From the NCBI GenBank assembly GCA_965644265.1, contig OZ286470.1, positions 32,054,001-32,118,000 of the forward strand: 64,000 nt of DNA, in the 5' to 3' direction. Each line of letters starts with the position of its first letter. The first letter of the stretch is position 1. Shown piece by piece: positions 35,991-49,800 of the stretch. The position numbers and the translations under genes were made by a program. Origin of the DNA: Glycera tridactyla (Eukaryota). The notes under the pieces are model-generated. The model saw only the letters and a program-made list of their open reading frames with translations, was not told the DNA's origin and did not search any database.

Positions 35991-38900
35991 TTAGAAATTG
36001 GGAAGTCGAGCATCCAGCCATCTTTCAATTGCACAATAAGGTGACTCCATACTGACCAGCATTATCTTCCTAAAGATGTTCATGAGTGAAACAAATTACA
36101 GTTGGAGAACTTGTGATTACATGGACCGTATTCATGTCAACCATAGGGTTATTAGGAGAAGGACATTGAATGGCCACACTGACTGTAAGCAAAAAGCACA
36201 TTGGCCATTGGAGGTATACACAAGCACATGTGCAAACTGTATCCAAAACAACACCCACCCACAATTACTGTTGATTTTCTTTTATAACTTAGCCATTGTT
36301 CTGTTTAGTTTCGACCTATTATGCTTTGGTCTCATATGGAGTTGTTGCGATCCATTCAGGCATTGTAAGAGTTTGACATGGCTAAGTCATGAAAAGGAAA
36401 CCGTACATAATGCACTTGGAACACCCACAGCTGTGAATCAATATTCATTGTTGAATTGTACTATCGAATCATGACATACATCTAGAACAGAGCATATCCC
36501 TCAGACTGAGACACAAGAATTTTCATATGTGCACAACCACCCAATTGCAAACTTCAACCATGGACTATATTCAGGCTAATACAATAAATATTGCCAGAAA
36601 GTGCTCACTGGAGTTGTTACTGAACGAAAGCCACGAATCCATTGTAGCTTCAATGAAATGATGATAGATGAATGGTTGATCCCACAACTTCACGACCTCC
36701 TTACATTGCCTAGTTTGTGGTTCCTAGGTATACTCTCGAGGGAAACTATTCGAAGATGTGTTTTATCATGATTTACATCTCAGTGCTGTTCTGTAATATT
36801 GCCTCTCTGACTGTAATCGATTTTTGACATAACGCATGAATCGCAATCCTTAGGTTGAATCCATTGGTTGCATTGGAGTACATGAGGTTGCAAGACTGCT
36901 TCATGCTCGTGCATGATAGAGAGAACGAGAGAAGTTAACGAGATACATTTATTTCCCCAAAGTACTAAAAACTCTTTGCAGCTGTACCTAACTGATATAA
37001 CTAATTGATGAAATAGAAAATGGCCTGATGAGAAGAATACATCCGTATTCAGCCAAGAAATTCTTCTAGGATTGATATGCATCGAATGAGAATCAAATGA
37101 CTGGTTTGCAATCGTGAATGCATGAGCTGTCTGGACTCCCATCATAGACCATGATATTGCTACTGTATGATAGCCATGAAATATCCGAGGCACCCTAAAT
37201 AATGTCTTAGCACGACATTGATGTCACAGGGGACAATCGTAATTTTTTTTTTGGGGGGGGGATTATGTTGGAGATATTGTAATGTGTATATCGAAAGTGT
37301 TGAACACAATATCCTCATCATTTCAGCATGAGGACAAGTTGTCTTATACACATCCAGTATATGATAACCAACTAACAAAATCACGTGAAATGGATACGTT
37401 GAATCATGGATTTTCATCTGGGTACCATGGATAATTCCAAGGTCATGAATTGAGAAGCAGCTTTCCACTCAAAGTACATCGCACTGTTCTCCAGATTAGA
37501 CAGGATATTCATTGTTTGTCTGCATCAACACTTTCCCTCACCATATGGTCACATCAGTAATTATGCACGCACTTAGGCTGATGGTTGCCAAAGTTATTCC
37601 ATAGGCCTCGTAGACCTATTCCAAATCATCTGGAAGTTCTTGTAAAACATCTGTGCATTGTACATATAATCCTAAGAGTGCGATGCCTTGGCTATGTAGC
37701 TATGTATAATATAGAAAACACTGAAGGCACTGTCACAAGAATAGAAACACTGATACAAAGTTCATATTACAGTGATCATTTCGAAAGATTCATCATGAGC
37801 AAGAGAGTTATCGAATAGGCCATTGTTCATTCGAAATAAAGTTGAGGAAGAATATGAAACCCTTGCCTACTTTTGGCAAAAATGAATGACATCCTAGGCA
37901 TATGTCTATTTTCTGCAGATACACATTTCTGAGAAGAGGATGGGATCACGAGAAAATGAACTCTATGCTCAACGAAAGCTAGAGCCAACACCATCCACAT
38001 ATCAGTTTACCATATCAGATATGTGGCTTGTGCAAATTATACAGCATGCACCCCTGTCAAATATCCAAATTTGCTTCTGGAAACCCCTGAACTCAAATGG
38101 ACATCGATTACAAACACTTCTTGTGCCTAATGTTGGCCAACACGATGTGGAATTGACCTGAAATTTTATCCCGAGTATGATATATTTTGCCAGTCATAAA
38201 AATACGTATTAAGATGAGTGATGATTCGGTGATGAATTGAACAATGGCCTATCATATATTGAAATGTGATTTATCAGATGGCAATGTGACTCCATAGGTT
38301 CAAACGGATGAGTCAGATAGTATTGATAGAGCAGATTTATATGGGATCACTGTAATATCAAACTCTAGATCATATAAGTATCATGTAGGTACATCAAACA
38401 ATGTTGTTGAGTCCGCTCACAATTATCACCACTGCGCGGCGTTGTAGTAAAGGCACAGGTGAGAGGTTCAGAGAACCACCAACTGTGACTGGCCAAGAAA
38501 TGATGCACATAGTAACAGCGAAGTGGACACCAACTGATGACGAAACATAACGGCCACTGATGCGAGAAAAAAGAGATACATTTACTGACTTCACTCTCCC
38601 AAGTTTGGAACACACTAAGATATTCACATGTCCACAAGAAGAGGCGAGAAAACCCATATATGGAAAGACCCTCTCTGTAGCTGATGCCTGTCTGCCTGCA
38701 CCTGGATGACGAACAACGTGGTATGCCACACTGATTCACGACAATGAAAAACTCACGACAAATCTAACACAGACATGTGAAATGTGATGAACCACTTGGA
38801 GAGGACTGCCATCTGTTCACTGAGCTGCATGATGAAGGCCCAACCAATCATACAGGGCATCTTGAGATCATGGAGATTATCTAAATGATTCTTGATGAGG

Positions 38901-39420
38901 GTAAGAACACAAGTGAGTAAGGATGTACTGTATTTATAACCATGTAATTCTTCAACGACATTGATGTCAGTAATGCCAGGCTGTCAAGGAACAGAACTAA
39001 CGAGGAGAAGAAATTATTTCGTGTCATGCCTCATGACCAGATGATTGTATAAATTTCTGTTCAAATGTTAAAATTCAGTGAGCAAGATGAGTGAATGATA
39101 ACTGATAAGATTGAAACCCATGGGATTGATACGTGAAGAATGTGGAGCAGGTGAGCATAGTCCAGCAGGCATGTAACTCTGACTATGGATCTTCTCTATC
39201 AATTGAACGTTTCGAATTCCAAAGCCACTTCACATCATCAGCATTATCCATCTATATATCCAATGAACTCCTCTACCTATGCATTTGGCATAGTGATAGA
39301 TGTGCTGTTCTCTTTGGGATATTTAATTCGAACAAGGATATACTGGAAGATCCTTTCAGTACAACTATTGTTGACATCCTCACTGGAAGGCTCTTCTTTG
39401 AGTCATGATAGGCATTCTAC

Positions 39421-39476
39421 TTTTCCGGGTCTGCTTCGATGTCAGTGCATCCATCTGGACAACACCGATGTGGGAA
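39421..39476 (-). CDS. Candidate tetraspanin PxxCC exon (FPHRCCPDGCTDIEADPE in phase 0)
   Basis: Acceptor aaatattgcag, weak donor AA|gtagaa. It is the only PxxCC...C motif I found between the CCG and GC exons and would complete a canonical 6-Cys loop. The reading frame is ambiguous (see findings). Confidence 0.5.
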
Positions 39477-40096
39477 CTGCAATATTTATGCCATCAGAAT
39501 GCCTTCCCTGTACACATTCCTTATGGGGACATGCCAGAACTGGTCCAAGCTGGTGTCGAACCAGTATCGGTCCATGCAGCCATACCGCTACCAGATCATT
39601 GCTGAAATTCTGACAATAGTCACCTCTTATCCAGGTAGTACTCAGCTGAACTGATGTGATAAATAATAGATATAATTATGTTGAAACAAGTACACAGAAA
39701 GTCCATTCCATGATTCTATAAAACATCAAAGAGTGGAACATTTCCTGTGCAAAAATGCAGTGCTCGTGTGTTCCATGCGATTAGGTACTTGTGTCAGAAA
39801 TGATACAAGGCGCAAAATATTGAGGGGGCAAGAAAAGCACCAATCAGAGGCCAATCTTGAGGGTATTCATCCCATAAGATAATGAAGAGGATCCTGGTGT
39901 TATGAATGGCTAGGAGATGGGGAATATGTGAGCAATAAAATGCAAATAGCAGGTCACCACAATTCACTTCCACGTGAACTGGATGTAAAACAACCATGGA
40001 GCTCACAAAAGGTAAGAGACCAATTTAACAGCTCAACAAATAATGGTGGACAGTAAAAACATTGGACAACAGAGTGGAACGGGTAACATTGTGGGT

Positions 40097-40449
40097 CACT
40101 CTATAAGATGGCTAGTATAAACAGACATGAAAACTTCAAAAAGTACATTGTGTATAAAATTCCGAAAATATACACTACTGAGTAAAAATTCTAGTGTAAA
40201 AATAGCTACACTATCCACTCTAATGTCTAAATGCTTCGTAAACACAGCGTTTACAGCTTGAAAATCAAAAGTTCTGCGAGTCAAAATTCTAACAAATACA
40301 TGACAAAATTGCACAAAAAGTACAGAAAAGCAATTGTGCTCTAATTTTGTGTACAAAAATGTTCGAGTGTGGGAGCAAAATTGTTGACCGAAAACATACA
40401 AAATGCATTCGATAGTTTGTCTGTTTTTACTAAAAAGGACTTAGCAGAG
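40097..40449. mobile_element. Possible old inverted-repeat element
   Basis: tagtataaacagaca near the left end matches the reverse complement of tgtctgtttttacta near the right end at 14 of 15 positions. Confidence 0.3.
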
Positions 40450-42115
40450 CAGAACAGGTCAAAATTCTTTCAAAAATATTACAAAAATGTTCAAGTTCTG
40501 ATACCAATTGTTGATGCAACGCACTCGTCATTGATCATTCTCACAGGGCATTCTCAAAAATATACATGTATCCATACCACTCATTCATCGGAGTTGCAAT
40601 TTCAAATGAATGGTACTGGGAACGAATTGGAGGAAAGGATGGATTGCCTGCATAGGGGTATGTGAACAAAAATGTGATCTCTCGTGATTGGTAAGGGCAT
40701 AAGTGAGAGGCAAAATTTAAAGCTGTGGCAGTGTGGCGTGAACATGTGAGTGGTCATGCTTATGATGAGAGTTCTCCGTAAAGACATAAAATCAATCTCT
40801 TGTGAATTTGACCCTCAAATATTCACCAAAATGAATGTCACAGAATTAGCGGATTCGATGGTAGGTCTTGGCAGAGGTTTGCCTGAGGTTCGCATGCAGG
40901 TAATAATTTTCTCTCGAATGATCAGCAAATTGAATAAGGATGGTTGTGGTCACATGAATTGAAGAACCATCGGCATTTATCTAGCGAACTCCTTTGAGAT
41001 GATAATTGACCAACTAATTATGTTGGCAGAAAACGTAATTTTGCCATGACCAATGAAACAAAAATCAAACTTCCACATTTGCTACAAGAAGAGGATGAAT
41101 TTCCAAAAGCAGTTCAGATAGTGAACTAGTATTCTTGTAAGAATATCGTTCTATTGATTATTGGTGATATCTTGAAATATTTCCAATTCAAGCTCATGAT
41201 GAATTGATCATGAGAACATGATTTATTTTCTGGTGAATTGAGCACTTCACCATTCATTCAAATGTGCGAAAACGTTTCCTGAATAAAACAAGTATCAATT
41301 ATGAAATGCATATTAGCAATTCGGTACATACAGGCATCACTCAACGAGAATAGTGGTTCCTGGAATCTCATTTTCTGCAAAAGAATTGTATGAATACCCT
41401 CCAGGTGTGAATACCATATTTTAGGATGATGGTGAGACAACACTTGAATATTAGAAGGAAACAAACATGCATCTTGCCACCTCACTCCATAAAAAAGTCG
41501 ATAATGCTGATCCCAAATTCGGAAACTAGAAATGGCTCTCTGGTTGCTATCTTTCAAATAGTAATAAAAAGATGTGTATCTCAATAACATCGAACACACT
41601 CTTATCCATTTCTTTCTTCCTTCATAGAACATGCTTGCAAACGTTCCTAATCATTTTGATCATATCAGAGAAAGACTTAATAATCAATTGTATTCAAGCT
41701 TGCGGGATCTACAAATGCAGTCCCAAGTATCTTCATACATTCCTAGCCTAATCTAGATGATATCAAAACTTTTGTCACCGGTCCCTCAAATTACACTGAC
41801 TGTCATATTGTTCTAGAATATAGTTCCATGCACTGGCTTGTCGCACATCGGGAATTGCATTTGGGGTAATATTGACAGAGTTAACAATATATGACTAGTA
41901 TTAACTGAGATAGCATAGCATTTCATGAAGTGAGAATGACCAAATCAGAGGCGTTATTCATCAACAAATTAATATGAAAAATTGTCAAAATTTTACAAAA
42001 TTCTTGGTGTTGCTGTGTGGAATACCACAGCTGTGAAAGATCTCCATCGTCAGAAAGAGCGTAGGATCTACGTTCCAATATTACCTGATACCACAGTAAA
42101 CAGAAGAGCATTTAC

Positions 42116-42128
42116 CTCTCACTGACCC
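42116..42128 (-). CDS. Candidate 13-nt microexon (GSVR+G, phase 0 to 1)
   Basis: attttcttttag|GGGTCAGTGAGAG|gtaaat; joined to the 39476 exon it gives R-V-P-T-S. Confidence 0.35.
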
Positions 42129-42384
42129 CTAAAAGAAAATCTGAACATCTGAGATGAGAACTGATCGATTCAAATCATGCTAGCTTGTAATAACCTCATA
42201 AATCCAAGACAACAGTATTTGACCTGTATCTGCTGCGCAACTTTCAGCAGAAACGTTATGGAACAGAGTAAATATGGGAGGAGACAGAGGAACAGGAGTG
42301 TCCAGGAGGCCAGAGAAATTGACAATAGTAGGCGGCGAAATAAGGCCAACATAAGTCAAATACATAGGCAGCGTTTCTACTCAC

Positions 42385-42402
42385 CTGTTCTAATATTGTT
42401 CC
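42385..42402 (-). CDS. Candidate 18-nt microexon (GTILEQ)
   Basis: ttctgttgaatattccag|GGAACAATATTAGAACAG|gtgagt; frame-preserving, strong donor. Confidence 0.35.
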
Positions 42403-42553
42403 CTGGAATATTCAACAGAAAGTTGGTAGTGATAAAATTCATTCCACACTTGTCATTTACCACAATCATACAACCCCCTCATTCATCTATTGTATATTTA
42501 TGTACCCATTCAGACAGTCTGCTCGCCACTACCTCAGGTCATTACATGATTAC

Positions 42554-42660
42554 CTTGTGTGTATGAGGAAGCAGGCTCCTGAGGAATCTACTTGAGTTTC
42601 CCCACATAAAGTTCATGCCATACATTCCACCATGATCACACACTTCGAAGTCATGCACCA
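42554..42660 (-). CDS. Candidate exon (xVHDFEVCDHGGMYGMNFMWGNSSRFLRSLLPHTHK)
   Basis: aagttttcag acceptor, AAG|gtaatc donor, one open frame. It has no clear tetraspanin motif and would add an unpaired Cys. Confidence 0.2.
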
Positions 42661-43629
42661 CTGAAAACTTTATGTGTATTCATATGAATACCATCTTGCA
42701 TTTGTGTTTGCAGTGTACCCATTCAAATATTTTAATGAGTATGCACAGCACATATAGGTCAATAAATCAAATGTGGAAAAATATGACACATTAGGCAAAA
42801 GCGGTCTCAGCAAAAAAGCCTGAATAGGTGTGTTCACTTTCTTCAACACTCACATAAGTTTATCAGAAAAAAATCTGATAACACTCATGAAAATATCTCA
42901 CATTAATATTTTTCAAAAAAGCAGTGATCAAAACAGTACATTCAAAAATAGTAGCTCAAAACATCATATATCAAAAATATGAACAGATATGAGGCACGCT
43001 TTTGAAGGATGATGAAATATGCATCCTACATGGATATGCAGAAAATGATTATCAAAAATATGATGAAAAGGATTACATGACTCACTTGGAACAGAAAATA
43101 AATCAACTGATCGAAAAAAAGTCAAACTACATCCTCGTGTCACCCTGAGAAAATTATATTGCGGATGGTGCATCTAGAGTACTCAGAATGTATATGTAAA
43201 AAAGATCATAAAATGTTATTGGAACTTCGCAAAATTCATTTATGTACTGTAACAGTTCAGGATTCCAATTACCAAAAACTTCAAAATGCAATATTTGGCT
43301 ATATCTGCTAAAAATGACTGTAGACGTATGAGGTATATTTGCTTCTGCGTCCTACTGATTTTCTGAATATGGCATGATCCTACTCCAGTTGAAAACCTTT
43401 TGATCAATCTGATGCTCAGCTAGCATGATGTGGTACTGCAATATGTGTTCCCATGACCTTAATGCCCAGCGATATGTTGACACAGTAGATGATACATAAG
43501 TTCGGAGAGCCTGTATCTTTAAAAAGATTCACTAACATGTACGCTTCATTGAGTGGTGGAGTAATGTATTGTAGTTCCGAAATTGAGATACTGTTATGAT
43601 AACATAACAGTAACATACTGGTCAGTGGA

Positions 43630-43808
43630 AATGGAAATGGTGTTGTTTTAGGTCCACTTTGTGCACTTGAGTAGGCTAAATCGGACCACCTGCCAAGGAG
43701 GAGCGAAGATGAAGGGTGAAACATTCCTGCATGGTAGGCACAGGGATTGAACCCTGGACCCATTGCATGCCAGCCCAGTACGCTACCACTGAGCCACCGA
43801 GGCAGACG
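43630..43808 (-). mobile_element. tRNA-derived SINE, copy 2
   Basis: Same family. 13-bp TSD actggtcagtgga at 43617-43629 and 43809-43821. Confidence 0.9.
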
Positions 43809-44538
43809 ACTGGTCAGTGGAGTCCAATGTGGGGTCTTTTATAATGTATTGATTACGTTTCAATATTATTTCCCGATGGTGCAACGCACAGTATTAGGAC
43901 ACCAGAAATACCCCCAATGAATGTTCAAAGTCTATTCATCATGTATCTCAGTTAAGGGCGAAACTACAAGGTAATTTCGACGGAATATGCAGAGATTCTG
44001 ATACTCATCTCAAAATCCCCCCAATCTTCTCCTTGCATATTCGATTCGAGATAGGGATAGGTAGGTAGATCGGGAGTTGCTCACAGGCATGATTCAATGT
44101 ACAATCCACTGACAAAAATCATAACCTATCTTACTTCTCTCACACTCTTCCATTCCGCATTTGCAATAATACATAGAGTCAGTAAAATTATCATCGTATG
44201 CGTAAGTGAGCAGAAATGTCAGTTGTTGGACAGTTTTTATATCACTAAGATTCTTGTTGATGCCAAACCCCTGATCACATGATGATAAGCTACTTTCACA
44301 CTGTAATGACAAACTATTGTCCTGAACCTACTTGAGAACTGATTATTTCATCATGGGCAAGACCTGCCTAATACAGATTTCTGTCATCATGTGAACAGGA
44401 GAGGAGTCCATACTGATACATGAATGTGAGGTTTACTTGTGCAACAAATCTTAATTGCATGTTTGTACATATGTTTGTCTGTGATGCCTGATGATACGAG
44501 TAGAACACTGCATTAAAATGGCAGAAGTCAATACCAGG

Positions 44539-44701
44539 GAACAATGGAAATGTTGAGGTTTCAGGTCCACTTTCTGCACTTGAGTAGGCTAAATCAGACC
44601 ACCTGCCAAGGAGGATCGAAGATGAGTGGTGAAACGTTCCTGCATGGTAGGATTGGGGATTGAATCCCAGACCCATTGCACATCGGCCCAGTACGCCACC
44701 A
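44539..44701 (-). mobile_element. tRNA-derived SINE, copy 3 (A box partly deleted)
   Basis: Same family. TSD aagtcaatac(c/t)agg at 44525-44538 and 44702-44715. Confidence 0.85.
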
Positions 44702-46523
44702 AAGTCAATACTAGGAAATGAAATCCATCTCCAGTGACTAGAGTACCACTTTGTCATCGTTTGATGCATTTAATACAGAGCATCTTGAATGTCTGCAACG
44801 TATAATACAGCCATAATATGCCTCTTTTGCCAAGGGCAAAACATTTCAACATTTTCACTACAGAAATATCTTCCTCATTAACTGATTCGCTTCATCATAC
44901 CAGCTTTTAAGACTTCGGTCCTGAAGGACTTGTATTTTCATGGACTCCTCAATCCGAATACAGAAGGTATATATACAGAGTCATTACCATGCTCAAATTG
45001 TAATCAGACCATATTCATTCATCACAGCGGTGAGGTCCCTATTTCCAGTCACTGACAATGTGAATAGATGCATTACACCTAATAATATTTCCATCGTCCG
45101 TCCACATGCAAAATAGCATGATATTTCCATTGTGTTGTTCGTGTAGTATTCCTTATCAGCCTTCTCTTTGTCTAGAAAGATGTCATAATTGCCACATAAT
45201 CCCACAATTTCTATATTGCATTCATCTTTCAAACTGCAAGAGTCCATTTTATACTCGAAATAGATTTCGACTCGCCTTCCCACAGAGATACCTCACAGAA
45301 GTGAAATCCAAGAGGAAATGCGATTGGCATCTTGATGGAAACAGATTGAATCTAATGTGACCACATATGTGTCTCAGTATGTTTTTGACCCCTAATCGTC
45401 AGAGAATCTTCAACATGTTTGGCAAGTATGGCAAGATATCAGGTATGGATGAATGATACCGGATCGTCAAGTCAATGTACAGTTGTCTCTCTTTTAGGAC
45501 AATACCTGGACAAGCCAGAATACATAATTTCTCACATAGGTATATGTCATATAATCTTCACTTGAATTGCATATATTATGAATCTCAATATATTTTCTTT
45601 GGAGGATACCTCTCTATTGGTTGGACACAATATGAACTTATTGACCAATGCATAATCAAATCAGCTAACATTCCGAAATACCAGTGAGACAAAACCTCGC
45701 TCAAATGGGTGAAAAATTTCGATTTGTGAATGATCCGAATTATTAAATACAACAGACACACATTATTTGTCTGAGGGGCTTCAAACTAGGGACTACAGGC
45801 AAGATGTACATTGCAGAAAAAGCTGTTCATAAATCACAAGCCTTGAACGAAGTCATTTTTGACATAAAGATCAGGTACAACAAGTACTCTACATAATGAG
45901 CCATGATTTTGAACACCTCGTCATTTGTATATCTGGTGCTCAATCTATTCTTGTACCCACATTAATACACATTCCCTCAGTTTTCAGAGTTCTGTCCCTT
46001 AGGTCTGGCAAAATCCACAAATTCTCTCAATTGCAACCAACTTGATAGATAAGTTGATGTTTGCAGAATAGAGATTCCATACAGATCAGCAACCTTCCAA
46101 ATAATGAGTTGACTAATTAGTCAAATAAGTCACAGGGACGTAATCCCAGCAAAATATGTCATTCTTTAAGCTATGATCCGACCGCTGCGACATTAAATTC
46201 TATGGTCTCTGACCAACATTCAGCCATCTCTCCAATCAAGCGCATGGGCGTCTCTAAACATTATGGACCACTAGATTATTGACTGTTGAGTTGCACATCA
46301 TCTGTACTCCTGCAATTGTATGTCAGTGAAACCTGGAATGAAATAAGCAGCTGGCTAGGTAAGCCACCAAAGTGCTTATCATATCCTGATATCATTTTTT
46401 TTTCACAGGCTGGATCTCTTGGTGTGATAGTCACATAATGTTCTTTGGTAATACTGCTGTCCATGAAATGACTGCTGTGCTTGCCCCTATTTAGATAGAA
46501 GTAACAAAAATGCCCCGAGGGAC

Positions 46524-46669
46524 TGCAATAATGCAACAGTTAGGTTAAGCTAAAAATGGAAATGTTGAGGTTTTAGGTCCACTTTCTGCACTTGAATGCA
46601 ATAATGCAACAGCTAGGTTAAGCTAAAAATGGAAATGTTGAGGTTTTAGGTCCACTTTCTGCACTTGAA
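46524..46669. repeat. 73-bp tandem duplication spanning the SINE 3' end and its flank
   Basis: Units start at 46524 and 46597 and are nearly identical. Confidence 0.9.
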
Positions 46670-46809
46670 TAGGCTAAATCAGACCACCTGCCAAGGAGGA
46701 GCGAAGATGAAGGGTGAAGTGTTCCTGCATGGTAGGACTGGGGATTGAACCCCAGACCCATTGCATGCCGGGCCAGCACGCTACCACTGAGCCACCAAGG
46801 CAGGCCATG
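46625..46809 (-). mobile_element. tRNA-derived SINE, copy 4
   Basis: Same family. TSD ggttaagct at 46616-46624 and 46810-46818. Confidence 0.88.
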
Positions 46810-49800
46810 GGTTAAGCTGAGGTACGTGGATTTCTTGAAAGCACAAACGCCAACTGATTGTGATAGCGTACCGTGAGCATACTGCAATAGATGAAATTCA
46901 AAAGATTTCTTGAGACATTCAGTGGGAGGCCATTTCTCTGACTTGAATCCTGAGAGGAAACTGAATTTACCCAGTGACAACAATTCGAATAGATGAGTCA
47001 CTTTGAAGATATGTCATTCGAGTACACCCTTTTGAACGAGATGTAAATCCACAATGGCCATTTTGATGGAAGGCCAGGTCGTCTATCCATTCGAAAAGAT
47101 ATCCATGATCAGTGTTTCGTTTCATAATAGGGAGAGAAGTTCATCTTTAGATTTACTCATTTAGAATTGTGGTACTGTAAAAGACAGGTGATGGTCATTG
47201 TATGATAAATGATACACGGCATATAAGCAGGTGATATATATTGTGTGATAAGTGATTTCTGGCATATGATTGACTCATGATCCAAACATTCTGGTAGACC
47301 TACATTATGACAAGACTGATTTTGTGGTAAAATGATCATCATTGCGAAACCCTTGAAGTGTACAGCCAAGACCTTTGACAGTTTATACAATGCACACAAT
47401 CAAGGGGTACTGATTCTGCCTAATGAAGGTGAGAAAGCTTCGGGTAATCCATGCATGAATTAGTATCAGCAAGATCACAAAGAACACTTCCCCAAACATC
47501 TATCAACTACCTGAAACACCATTCACCTAAACACATTCTCACATGAAGCATTAATGAACAAGGGAATTTCCTTATCAAATCAGTATATTATTGGAGCCAT
47601 CACCGTGTGAAGAATCCCATCACTCAATTTTTGGAAGGATTACCATTATTTCTCAACTCCTTCCAGATACCCATATGTTGATCCTGATACCTAAGCACAC
47701 TCTTGCTATTATAGGAACCCCATTTTGGGGCGTCAAATGCTGAAAGGTCACTTTCAGTTCATGAATAAATCATGAGACGCACCCTGATCAAACATTCATA
47801 ATGAGTCATGATCTGTCTATATCATACATGAGTGCATTTAGGGTCGAGGGACAACTGCATTAGAGGAAGCCCATCTCCGCATTCTGTAACTTATAGACTT
47901 GCTTTTAAATGCATTTCATCAAAATAATTGAGTCATATGTGTCATTCCTGAACATATCTTCACATGTGGTCAAAAGGGATCTTGTGCCTGGATTCAGCCC
48001 AACATAACTCAACATACCAGCTGGATATTTGAGATAGCAAACCTTCGAGTATCTATGACACGAGCCAGAACTGAATGAACAAAAGTAAACCACAGGGTTC
48101 CTCCCATAAAATTTGTACCTGGTAGTGGGAATGAAGCCATACAATACAAAGCATTTTGTTATGTATTTCAAAAAACTGAACATGTGCAATATGACCTGGG
48201 GTCAAGCCAATAGCATAGGCATCACTCATACCACTCTTACATTGGTGTACTACATAGCAAGACTATCGGATGAATCCAGGGCTTTATCATTCAACATATA
48301 TATCAACATAACATTTTCATTATATTGACAAAGTTAGCACACTCCAGGCATCTCAGCTGATACCCAGGGCTCATGTGATATGGTGTGCAGAGAATTTGAA
48401 TTTGAACACTATATCAGCAAAACTTTCGCCAACATGTCATCATATACACATTCGAATGGCTGAAAGGTGAATTCGTCCTGATAGTCAGCCACAGGGGATC
48501 ATTTGACACATTCAATGTCTTGATATTCTGTCAGTGAATCTATGAGATCCATGCATGGGAGGGAAATGGGTGATATTCGGTAGTAAAATAGACATATTGA
48601 TATGCTGCCCAAGGTATTTCACCCAGCAGGGAGGAAATTCCCTCTACGTTTACAGTTCGACCATGGGACTCGTTCAAGCTGTTGGTGAGGTGGACATGGA
48701 AGGTTGGAGGGAAGGGATGGGGTTTGAGTGTGGATGTTGATTGACTTGTGAGTCAGTTGGCCAAAAAACATGGAGAAAATATTGGTGATATCAAACTGAA
48801 AGGGAATGGACTTGGCAGTTGAAGACAATAATAGAATAGATATGTGAAAATGGAATATATTCCAAAATTGATGTTGCAATATGTCTCCTACGACAGAATG
48901 ATTGGCCAACATGACTACATTCATGTGAGTTACAATAAATAACATGAGTCGGAATAGCACATACCCCAACTTGGGCTATTCGACCCATATGTGTAGCAGC
49001 TGTTTTTGTCTCACTCTTTGCTTCTCAACAAATATTTCCATTCTCAGAACCAGAATCACGGCCTATTTAGAAAAGTTCCCTCGTGTGATATTCCTGGGAC
49101 AGTTCAATAATGAAAAAAAGCTGATCATTGCGTTTCACTTGATTCCCCTGATCATGGATTTATATCTTTGTCTTGAATTGAGCAAAACCGGAATTCGAGA
49201 GAGTTTTAGGGCAATATTTAGGCCATGAAGCGAATATGTCAGTAGGATAAATTTTTTAGGTCAGATCTATCCATTTTATCACATTGGAAGCATTGTTTGG
49301 ATGAGCAATGGAGCATACTAAAAGACGTTCGAATGATTATTCATTTGGTGGTTCGTCTTAATGGTGGTTCTTTTTGGCAGATTTGGTCGAACTTCAATAA
49401 ATCATTCCAATACAAAATGAGCCTCATTACAAAGTTGCAAGTTGTTTGTCCATTCTGTTTCTGAGTGATATTTTGCAGAAGTGATGTGTCACCATAAAGA
49501 ATACATAATCAAGGTGAGAATCATGTGAAAAGGTGTAGAATTATAAGCTAACTTACTTAAGACTTGAGAAATAGTGATGCATTCTAATAAATCTATCTTG
49601 TTTCAAAATATAAGTGATAATGGACCTTATCATCCCAAAGTGATCACGGCTCAGGTGACTGGCTATCAATGCACTCTCGTCCAACCATAAACAGTGTCTT
49701 CCTCATGGAGCTAGATTACCCATGTGTATCCTATCTTGAAGGAAATATGGTGATACTCCAGTGGTAGTATGCATAACGAACAGACCATGCCACCAATCCA

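Noticed and set aside
44993-45283. 96-aa Cys-containing ORF
   Set aside because: No recognisable family and poor splice sites.
35809-46809. tRNA genes
   Set aside because: A and B boxes are present, but there is no complete cloverleaf. Each copy has a shared non-tRNA body and TSDs, so they are SINEs.
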